DNA from: a virus
Length of the DNA: 64,000 nt
Direction: 5' to 3' (one strand)
Virus record (IMG/VR): IMGVR_UViG_3300044591_000410
Location: 4,159 to 68,158 of that record
In this document: positions 19,861 to 31,800 of the stretch, in pieces
Layout: each line of letters starts with the position of its first letter
How positions within the stretch are numbered: position 1 is the first letter of the stretch
Notes under the pieces: generated by a model
Seen by the model: only the letters and a program-made list of their open reading frames with translations
The model's database searches: none
Told to the model about the DNA's origin: nothing
Made by a program: the position numbers and the translations under genes

Positions 19861-22800
19861 ATGACTCAGTATTCAACCCTTGGACAATCAAATTCGTTTT
19901 ATTCAAATTTTGGATATTTTCAACCCCTTGAAGAAACTGATTATCAAAATGTAATTAATAAATCCATTAATGATAATATCAATGTTTCTCTAGCTGGTGA
20001 GCTACAACCAAATATATTCTCAACTGGAGATTATTCATTAAAGCTTACCAAGGGTGGTCCTGTAAATCCAACAGCTGTAGATTTAGCAAACTCTGTTTTA
20101 TTGGACAAAACCCAAGAATGGATGGGAGGTATATTCGGAAGACAGCCTGCTGTTATTGACGCAGCCTATTATGGGTTGTTTGGAGAAAAAGCATCTGGCT
20201 GGAAGTATGTGCCTTTTGTAGATAGCTGGAGTAAAGTAGAACAAGAAAGAAGAAGAGTAGACGAGCAGTTTGTTGCTAACAAGCAAAAAGAAATTGATAC
20301 TCTTCTTTCAGAACGATATAAAGAACAAGCACCGCTTGTAGTAGAAGCCTTACAGCGAAACCTAGGTGTCAACTGGAAAGAAACTTTTGCTAAAGGTGCT
20401 AACAATAAAAACGCATATGCTGAACAGGTTTATCGCTTTCTATTAGACGAGACTAGAAAGACAACAAATAAGAATGCTTTGTATTCTTCTTTACTAAACT
20501 TAAAGAGTAATGATAAACCTATTTGGAACTGGACCTATGCAAATATCCTAAGCGATTATGATGTACTTGCTTCCACAGCTTTAACACTTGGTGTTGAATC
20601 TCTTTTAACAGGGTCTGCTGTTACTTTAAGCGCAGCTGCTAGCTCTGCTACAGCTTCAGCCGCTAGAGCTACAGGTATTAGACTAGGTGCAACACAAGGT
20701 TCTGAAGGCGTTATTAGACTGGCCCAGACAATAGGAAAAACCACAGGCTCACCTAATTGGTGGTCATTATTCAAGTCTGACTATACACTAAGCACCAGAC
20801 TTCCAGCGGCAACAAGAAACGCACAAAGAGTTCTTACTCAAGCTTTACAATCAGGTAAAATAACCCAAGATCAAATTAAGGTATTGCAAAGACTAAGACC
20901 TGATCTCTTTACAACAGCTGCAACAGGAGAAACAATAATTGCAAACCCTTTCTCAATTGCCACAAACGCTAGAAAGTATCTACAGTTTAGAGGACTAGAA
21001 ATAGCAGGTACAGGACAGAAAGTTGCAATTAACTCAGTTAACCGATCAAAATTAGTAGATGCGCTGAGTAAAGTAGCGTTAACAACAGACGATATTCTAT
21101 TGGTGGGTAAATCATCAAGCCACCTCAATTACTTGTTTAAGGTTGGTAAGTCTGGGGCTGTTCAAGGGGCTTTAGATGGCGCTACTAATGCTGTGTTTAT
21201 GGGTAAAGAAAGAGCAGACCAAATGTTGATGGCAGAAAACATTGACATTCCTTCCTATAACCTTAGTGAAGTTATTAGTAGTGCTGCCTTATTTGGAGCA
21301 TTTGGTTTCACTCTAGGTATTGGATTTGGCGCTATTACAAGTCCAGTTCGTACCGGACTTTCAGCCTTAACTGCCATAGATGGTAGAGCTTCTCTAGGTA
21401 CACCAAACGCAAAACGAGGTCTTCTCCAGTATGTCGGCCCAGACCGAATGACAGAAAGCGAGTTTAACTTACGAAATGCTCTTGCTTCTGTTGTAGGTAA
21501 ACAGGCTGCATTAGCTGCTGAAGTAAACGCTAACTCAAGAGTCGCTATTGTTAGAGATATTGTAAAGCTATTAACAGGATCTGAAGAAATAGGTGTAAGA
21601 TTAGTTGATCCTAAATTCTTGGAAGCAAACAACTTAACCATTGAAGAAGTTTCTGGTTTAATTACTTTTATTACCCAAGAACTTATTGGTAAGTCAAGCA
21701 AGTCTAGTCAGATTGGAAGTATTCCTGCCGGATTAATGGATGATATTATTGCAGCATATGCTCAATGGAAAAGAGCAAATCCAACTGCCGCAGTAAATGC
21801 GTTTGAAATTAAAGCTGTTGCTGGAGAAGACTTCCTAAAGAGACTTACAGAACACGGCGTTAATACCAACAATTCTGGTAAACCATCAGTACTTAAGACA
21901 CAAACAATTGATGAAATTAACCAAGAAGTTTCGTTCCTAGAAACAGTAGAAGCTGTTGAAAAACTAGGAGCATCTGTGGTTGATGGTAAGATTAAAGTTC
22001 TTAAAAGAAGAAAACAAATACTAGAAGCTAAAGAACTCAGAAGAAAAGAACTTCCAGATCTAAAGAAACAACTAGAAGAACTAAACACAAAAGACAAGAC
22101 TCCTGAAGTTGAAGCGGATATTAAGAAACTAGAAGAGAAGATTAAAAGATATGAAAGACAGGCAGGAGAACCACTAAAGGATAATAATCCAAACGCTGTT
22201 ATTATTCGTTCTTCGTCTACAAGTGTTAGAACTTTACAAATTAATGGATTTGATATTTCTACTAGCCGTAGTGGTCTATTGTTATCTATGTGGTTAGACA
22301 CTGTTAATAAGATTCACGCTTTAGCTGGACAAAACACAGCAGAAGCTAGAAAAGCAGTTAACCAACTAAGACAAGAAGCAAAAGAACTAGAAGAACAGAT
22401 TGATTCTTTATACAGAAAACCAGAAGAAAAATCAAGAGAAGAGATCAGAAAGAACTGGTTTGATGAGCAGTTTGCTACTATAAAGAACGATCCTACAAAG
22501 CTTGCTCAGTTTAGACAAGCCCTAGGAGCAGCCCTATCTCAGTCTTCCGCTACCACGGGGTCTAGAGCCGTTAGTATGAACTGGCTGTCTCAACTTCGTT
22601 TTGAGTCAGGTTTAGGAGAACTTTATACCCGTCTAGCTAGCTATGGTACAGGTACAGCTGATCTTATGTATAGTGTTTCTGATGTACTATTCCACACTAT
22701 GGAGATGCTTGATTCAAGCCAGTTGTTTAGCTATGCAAGCCTTGCTGATATGGGTAGCTCCCTTAGCGTCAAGGAAGCCGTAGATCGCGGCTATCGCCTT

Positions 22801-25800
22801 GCTATGGGCGTTAACAGTATTACCGAACAGCTCCGTCGAATGGATCCTAGAAAGGCAGCTCTCATTGAACAACGAGTTGTGAGGGATATCCGGGAAGGTG
22901 CTACACAGTTATCAGACACTGTAGGACTAAACGAAGCTGAGATAAACCTAGCAAACGACTTGATTACCAATACCAGAAAGTTCTTTACTTTCTTTGGAGA
23001 TCAAGCTAAAAAACTAGGAAAAGACTTTGAAGATAGCTTTACTTATGTTCCTCAAATGCTAACAAGAAAACTTGACTCAACCCAGCAAGCTAAACTAGCA
23101 CAGTTGGGATATGAAGCAGCTGTTAGAAAGATAATGAAAGAAGGTAGCATTCCTTGGTCTGAACTAGAAAGACTAGGCCAGATTGAAAGAGGAACAGACG
23201 GTTCTATTATTAATATCCCAGAAACAAGTTTATTCTATAAAACAGACGATGCTGGTAAAGCATTGCCGCTTTCTGAGATGGTAGCTCAAATGCCTAAAAC
23301 AATGGATGAACTTCGTCTTTTAGAAGCTCAGAGAAGAAAGCTTAATAATGAACTGGCTGAGTTACCAGAAGATCTCCGTCAGATACTAGAAGCACCTAAC
23401 ACAGCACGGGTTAATAAAGAAAAGCTTAAGAGAGCACTAGACGAACAAAAGAACAGAGTTAAAAAACTGTTTGACAGAGCTGTGGGTGTAAACGGTGGTT
23501 TTAATATCTTTGATATTAATGCTCTTGCTAAGAGCTTATATACAATGAAGAAGTATGCCACTGAACTTGGCGAGTTAGATTATGTAGCTTATGCCGATGA
23601 TCTATTAAAGAAACTAGATGATAATGGTTTGGCTATAAATGAAAAGCCCACTTCACCTAGAGATCATATAATTAATGGTCAAGATGATTTAATTAAAGCA
23701 GGATCTAAAGTAGAAGACTTAGAGTTAAAGGTAGTTGATACTTTTGCCCCTGAAATTACACTAACTCGTACCGCTCCAGATGGTACTAAAACTGTTGAAA
23801 AACTTAGTGAAGGTTTTGTAGTAAAGCAATGGGTTGATAAAACCAAAGCTCCCGGACTGGACTTTGAAAACCCAGCAATGAGTTTACAAACTGTATTATT
23901 AAACCGAGCTGGTTCTGTGGCAGAAAAACAAGCAGCAGCTAATGCTGGATTCCAGTATACTATTTCCAATATTGTTTCTCGTTTAGAAGATATGACTGGA
24001 ACATCTGCTGGTGATAGTGTTAGAATTGGTTTTAATATTGAAGATTTAAGAACAGGTTTTATTACAGAAGAACATATCTTTAATTGGATGCGTTCTGAAA
24101 AATTTAAATCTGAACTAAACCAAATAAGACAACTTACAAAAAACACGGGACTAAACGATGTTGAACTTGGTTTACTATTAATTAATAAGTATGTAGGAGA
24201 AGCTAAAGAATATCAGTTAAAGAGTATTAAACAATTAGCTGAACAACGAGCAACAACCTTATTAGAAAACAGTCCTTATGCGAAATCACTACAACTAGAA
24301 AAAACACGCATAAACCAAGAATTGTTACAAATAGAAGAAGCTATAAAGCTAACTTCTAGTGCTGATGAACAAAAACTTACCAACCTTACTAAACAAAAAA
24401 TAAAGTTATTAGTAGAAAAAGAAAACTTATCTAAAGAACTAAAAGAAATGGAACAGGCTATTTCTTTAAAAGTATCTTCACAAATTGAAAGAACTTTAGC
24501 TAATGTTTCTGAAGATATTAATACTTTATTCTTAAAATCTAGAAGAGCTGGTAAACCTTTAGATAATTTAGATACTCTAACAGTATTTGATAAGAGACTT
24601 AATAAAGTTCTAGCGGATGCTTTAAATATAGAAAATCCTAATTTTGTTTCGTGGAAACCAGTAGATAGTGAAGCTTTAAGCAGCCAAGTTAAAACCAGAG
24701 TTGTTACAGATTTAGAACAAACAACTAAACTATACCAACAGAAAACAAACTTAGTTCTTGAAAGAATAAAACTACAAAAAGAAATAAGCAACACCACACC
24801 GCCTAGTTTGATAGACGCAATTGAAAAGGCATACAAAGCAGCTGGTGTTGATGATATTGAAAAAGCTGTTAAAACTTTTGCTAAAAATAATGATAGAATT
24901 TCTAAGCTTGTAAAGACAATTAAGCAAAAGAAAAAACAATTATCAGCTCTTGCAGACGATACCTCTGAAGAAGCTGGTGTATTGACTAATGACATCGCTA
25001 AACTAGAAGAAACTCTAGAAAAATCTTTAAACAAAGTTAGAAAAACTGTTATGTCAGAAAGAGCTAAAGTAGCCACAGAAGTAAAAAAGAAGGCTATTAA
25101 ACAGCTTGAAAAAGACAAAGCAAAAGCACAGGAAAGACTTACTAAAGTTGAAGAAGCTATAGGTGACTTAAGTAATCAGATTAAAGCACTAGACAAGAAA
25201 TCTGAAGTAAGTGTGTACGGTACATTGTTTAATAAACTTAGTGGTGAAGAACAAGAAGCTTTATTAGAGTATATTAAACTAACTAAGGGTACAGCAGTTG
25301 GTCTAGAGTCTTTAGTATTTACAGAACAACTAGGTAAAGAACTAGAAAACTTATTTGAATTTGGTGGCCCAGAAGCTTTAGCTAAATGGGGAATATCTCC
25401 AGAAAACTTTGTAGATAATAAACTTAATGCCGCTGGTCGTTTAGAATACTTACAATACTTAGCAAAAGAAATGCCCGGTGAAAAGGGCGCTGAACTTAAA
25501 GCTAGTCGTGCTAAGTTTATTGAAGAATCTACAAGCATGGAAAAACCTAAGATAAACTTAGAAACAGATCCTAAGGCTGTAATTGAAAGAGCTAAGTTAA
25601 GAAATAAAGCAATTCAAGAAGCAAGAGAATTAGAAAACAAAATTGTACAAAGTATTGAAGATCTTGATGCAGACTATGAATTAGCTGCTGCATTAGATAA
25701 AGTAAAAGAAGCTTTAGAACTAGCTTCTACAAACACATCCTTAACAGAAGCCGTTAAAGTAAGTATCAGCACTGAACTTGATAATGCCAAAGCTGTTATA

Positions 25801-28800
25801 CAAATACTTAGTGATTTAGATCCACGGTTTGAAACAGCTTTAGGATATGTAAAAAAACAGCTAGACTCAATTGATTTTACAAATGCAAGTAAAACAGGTG
25901 ATCTGCTTGTAAAAGTAAATAAAGCAATACAAGCTTTAAGTGTAGAAGATTACCCAATTAAAGAAGCTTTAAGAACTTTCCAAAGCTCAGAACTTAAAAG
26001 ACTACAAGAAGAGTATGGTGTTAATATAGCTAACTATATTGAAACAGCGGATAAGATTAGTGATTTGCAAGACTCCTTGTATAATGAGTTAGCTAACATT
26101 GAACTTGGACCTGAAGCTTTAATTAACCCAGCAGATCCTAATAGCATGACTTATAGACAACTGTTTGATATGCTATATAACCTTAAGCATAACCAATCAA
26201 ATGCTAGAAAAGCTATTAGAGATCATCTAGGTTCACTGCCGTTTGATACAGCAGACAAAGCAGATAAACTAAAAGCACTGTTTACTAAACTAGACGAACT
26301 GGAAGCAGTTGAACAAGGTTTAATTAAAGCTAACCTAGAAGGCCATTCTTTAAAGTTTGGTGAAGCAGTTTCTAACTGGGTAGATGAAACAAGAACAGCA
26401 TTTGATGTATTTAAAACAGGCGTTAATAAAACCGAAAGTACTCGTTTCTTTAACCTAATGAAAGAAGGTTTAAATACAGGGTACTTAATTAGCAGAGTAA
26501 GAGGAGAAGACGGTAAGTATTTATACCGTGTTCTAGATCTTTACCACCTTACCGATCAACGGTATGGAAGCATTGTTCCGACCGAAGTACATGCTGACTT
26601 TGACAAGATTGTCAGTATTATTCAAGTGCGGAAACAAACAAGATCTAACTTAACTTTTGATAAAGTCCTACAACGAAAGAAGAAACTACTTAGCGAAAAC
26701 GAAGCTATTTACGGACCAACTTTTGAATATCTTGAATCATTTAAAACCATTGTTGATGGTGCTTCTGTATTTGATATTAACTATGGTGCTTTCTTTAATG
26801 GGCCAGAGTTAATACGAAAAGAAGTAGAAAGCCTAAGAAAAACAATACAAGATTCTTTAGAGGTTGTAAACACTGGTCGCAAAGAAGTTATTGCAGCTAT
26901 TAATGATATTCAAAAAGCAGGACGAAGCGAAGCGAAGGTTGCTAACCTTTCTCCTGAACTACGAAGTTTAATGGCAGAAGCTCTAAAACGACAAAGAGAA
27001 TATCAAGAAACTATTAGTAAACTTCTTAAAGAAGGCTTTGTTGGAACAAACCCACAACAAGCAAAAGCTTTACAATCTGTCTTTGATAGAATTCAAAAGC
27101 TTAGCAAGTTAAGTATAGAGCTTTACGAAGGTAAGATTCCTACTTCTTATGAAGTTCAAAAAGCTGTAGCAAAAGCACCAGAACTAAAAGCCTTTAAGAA
27201 CCGAGCCACAGCTAATAGACGGCGACTCTTAAAGAAAGAACTAGAAGAGAATGCAGATATTCTTGACTCTGAAATTAATACAGCAAATGAAGTTAAAGAA
27301 CTAAACCGTCTTGGTAAACTTAGTAAGAGTATCAAACGAGAAATGCGTAGGGTTGAAAACGGAGAATCTTCTGAGTTGTTTATTAAAACACCAGAAGGAT
27401 ATGTGATTCCAGACCCCAATCTTACAATGGATAGATTGGTAACCCTTCTTAACCTTAGCGACACCAGACCTGAATACGCTGTGATTAGAGAAACAGCTAA
27501 TGATTTCTTGCGACATGTTATTTATAAGAGACTGGTTAAGCAAAACAAATTGGCTGGCAGAGAGGTTAATTTCCGGTATGCAGACGCAATTGGAAGAGAT
27601 GTAGACCAAATCGAAGATATAGTTGGTACTGTCTTTGCATCTTTCTTAGATTTTGAAAGAAAGATTGCAGTAAATGAACCTATCTTAATAAGCGCTGGTT
27701 TATCGGTTAAAACCAAAGATTTATTAGAAAACGCTCAAAGATTGTTTGATACTTACAAAGCATCAAAAGATAGAGCAGAACAGCAAGAGTTATTACGACA
27801 GATCTATAAGATAGAGGGAGATCTGGATACAGTCTTACTACAAAGAAAACTTAAACGGGATGATACTGGAAAAGTTATTCGCAAGAAGGACGGAACCCCA
27901 GTTATTGAAACCAGCTTTGTTAAGTATGAGCCAGTTGATAAGAAAATCAAAACCAACTATCTCGTATCTGCTGCCATTAAAAAATATGTAGCGCAGTCCT
28001 TTAAGAAAAATACAAATGTTGAAAGATATGAAAAAGCTCTTTCTGAAGGTCTTGTTGAAAACAATGTTGGGTTGCGTTCATCCAACGGAGACTATATTGA
28101 CCCAACCAGAGCAGAAGAACAGTTTGAAATAAACCAACTTCTATCTATGTTTGCATTTGATAGAGACTCGTTTAATCAGTACTTACTGAGAACAGGTAAA
28201 CTAAACACGCTAGGGGTAATGCCAAATAACCTTACAAATATTGGAGTTATCCAAAGAGGTTATTCATTCTTTATAGAAGAACTTCTTCGTGTTACTAGTT
28301 TAGATGTACCTGAAGTTACTATAGGTAACAAGAAATATCAAATACTAACAAAACCAGAGGAACGAACTTTGCTTGGACGAAGAGAAGTATCTCGTCTAAA
28401 TACGAATGAGTTCCTGCGATATATGGTAGACAGAATGGCGCTAGAGTACCGAACCTTAGCTAAGGATTCTACAGTACCCTCTATAATTGGTAACCTGTCT
28501 TTAGAATACTCTGATAAACAACTTAAAGAAATATTCTCAAGAGAACTTATTAAAGAGTATCTGCGAGTTGTTAGAAAGGATATAAGAAAAGTTGTTGGTG
28601 ATACCTTTATTGACCTAGACGAAGTTCCTGCTGGTCGTTTGTTAAATCGGTTAGAAGAAGAAAGAAGAAGTATTCTAAAGAACTTTAGTGATGAAGTTCG
28701 TAAGAACAGCTCAAGCAAAGATTGGGTAGATGTTACAAAGCCTCGTTTAGAAGCAGCTAAGAACAAGAAACTAGCTGCTCTAGATGCTCAGATTGCTAGT

Positions 28801-31800
28801 GCTGAAAAAAAGATTGGAAGACTTCCAGCTTTAATTCGGACACTAGAAGAAGAACTATTTGAAGAATCCTTAAAACCAACAATTAAGAATTATAAAACAA
28901 TTCCAATTGACAGAGACATTACTGGAGTTGTAACAAAAACAAATAGAGGTGGTGCTAAGTCAACAAGGTCATTAACAGATCTTATAGGTAAGTACTTAAA
29001 CGGAACTTACTCTGAAAGTATTTTTGTACGCGATATACAGTTTGCTGCAAGACAATCTGATTTATTAAAAGCATTCAATAATTATGTAAAGAGAAATTAT
29101 GATGTTGATACATTTGAAGAATATGTAATTAAAAAAGCTAAAGATAATACAGATGAATATGCAGATGGTTTAACTAAAGGTATTGAACTACGGCAAGAAG
29201 CACCATACGCTATTGAAAAGATTGATGAAGCCGAACAAGTAATGCTCGGTATTATTTCAGAAAACTTCAAAGGCCAAACCGAAAAAGTATACTTAGGATT
29301 AGCTGAAACAGATAAAGATACTGCTCTACTGTTCCTAACTACTGAACTAGCAGAACTTCAGAAGAACCTGACAAAGATGGGTGCATCTCAAGAAAAGCTG
29401 GAAAAGGTTACTAAGGTCCAGATTAAAGCACTTAGCGAACTGCTGACGCAATACTCTGATAGTCCTCTAGCTGCTAAGGCAGAATACAATGCTTTCCCCT
29501 TATTAAATGAACTGCGAAAAGTTTCTAATGAGGCAGTAACCAATGTATCTGAAGGAAGCCCAGCTTACCTAATAGCATCTAAGCTATCTATTGAAGATGT
29601 AAACGCATACAAACGAGTAGCTGGTTCTCTTCTATTAAATGAAAATGTTAAAGATGCTTCTAAGATATTACCTGAACAAAGCATAATTAATATTCTAAAT
29701 GATCTAGAATCATTTGGTTTTATTCAGAAACTTTCTACTTCTCCATTTAAAACTATTGAAGATTTAGTAGCACAAAACGGAAGCGTAGCTTCAATGTTTG
29801 AACTAACTACTCAGTCTTTAAATAACAGTCTTAATAAAGTTCTAGACTTTAGCCCAGAAAGTTTAATTCTTGGAAATGCTGTTAGATCTTCTACTGCCCA
29901 GCACAGAATTATGGGAACACTACGCAGTGCTACACTAAAGAAAAAACTAGCTAGCGTAGCTCCTGATTCAGATGAAGCAAGAAGAATAACAGATGAGATA
30001 AACAATTTCCTAAGCTCTGTTGAAAAAACAGAAGCAGAAGAAATATTCCAAGCAATGGATAGATTGTTCCTTTTACAGCGAATGCAAAAAAACATTGGCA
30101 AGCTAAAGCCAGAAGATGTTGTGTCAGTTGAAGCAAGCGCTGGCGTTTCTAAAGAAGATATCATTTCATTCTTGAAACGAAAAGAAGCAGAAAATGTTTT
30201 AGAAATTGATGCTTTAAGTGCTAAGATTAGTACTTATAAAGCAAATAATTCAACTAAGATTATTCCAAAAGTTATGGAAAAAGAAGTTGGTAAGCTTCCA
30301 GATGTGAGTGTAGAACCTTGGAAGAATGGTAAGCTTGTTTCTGTAGCAGATCAAATTATGGATGCTCTAAAAGGTAATACTAAACATTATACTGGAAAGC
30401 ATGCAGGAGCTACCAAGACAGGGCTACAAGAAGATATGGAAGCATGGGCTGCTGGTATGAACGGTGAGCCTTATACCCCCACAACCAGTGGAACTGTGCC
30501 TATACTAGAGTCGGCTAGAGCCAAGTCTTATGACGGTAGTGGTAAACCATACTTTAATAACGACGATCTGGTTGATCCTCAAAACGCTGAACTGGCAAGT
30601 TATCTGTCTAATGACTTAGGCGCTATAACTCAGAAGTACGCCAAAACAGCGGGAGCTAGTCTATCAGCTGATGTAGCATTGAGGGATAAGATTAAGCAGA
30701 AGTATGGTATTGATCTACCAAAGAACTTTGGTTGGTCTGATTGGATGGATGTTCTTCGGGATTATGTGGAAGGATTAAAACGAAATCCTTTAGTAGACTT
30801 TGAAGGAAGAGCAATTAAGATGAGCGATAAAGAAATTAATCATCTTAAAGAAATTATTGATGGCATGTCCAGAATTCGCAGAGAGTTTACTGGTGAGGTT
30901 GATTCAACAGAGCTTCCGCCTCACGGTATTAGACAAGCAGCTAAGATGGGCAAGAATGCTTTACTGTCTACCGTTGGTCCTTTCATGGGTACTGCGGTAC
31001 TGCTGACCGAACTACCTTTCAGTTTGTTCCGAAAGAACGGTTCTCTAAAGTCCTTCTTAAAGGGATTAGAAGTGTTATCTACTGGAAGCAGCCGAAGGAG
31101 ATTGGAGCATACTGCATTTGCTTTTGAAAAATTAAACCGAGGTTTCCACTCTAAGTTTGGTGGAGAAGAATTAATTAATAATGAGATTACTTGGTTTAAT
31201 AGACTGAAAGAAAACTTTAGAAACATGTTCTCCCCAGACGAAAGAATGTTACGAGAGTCTGGGGCTGGTAGACTATGGGATCATTTGGATAACTTCTTAC
31301 AACACAAAGCAGCACTAAGCATGGAGCTGGGTGGCCTACCTCACTTTGTGGAAAGAGTTTTAGCTGTAGCTTTAGAAAAAGAAAAGACTAATATATTTGG
31401 TCTACGGTCTAAGATTAGAAATGCCTTATCCCTTATGAACACTCCTGAATTCAGGGCAGTAGCAGAACAGGCTGCTAGAGGTGATAAGAAAGCTCAGGCT
31501 GAAATTGTAAAACGATTTACTGGTATAGCCAGAGAGTCTGGAGTACCTATTGAAACTCTGTCTTACATTCGTATGGCTAAGATTGATACTCCTGAAGAAA
31601 TGGATAGAATTATCAGAATCATGGAAGTAGGTTCAGATGGTAATGGATCATTTGATGGTAATGTTGCAATTTCTAAACTGTACAAACAGTCTAACTCTAG
31701 AGTTGCAAAGAACATTGAAATGCCAATGTTTGAAGAATCAGCAGCTAAGCTGGCTTACTTCTTAGAACTATCCGCCAGAGAAGCATCTCCCGAACCATTT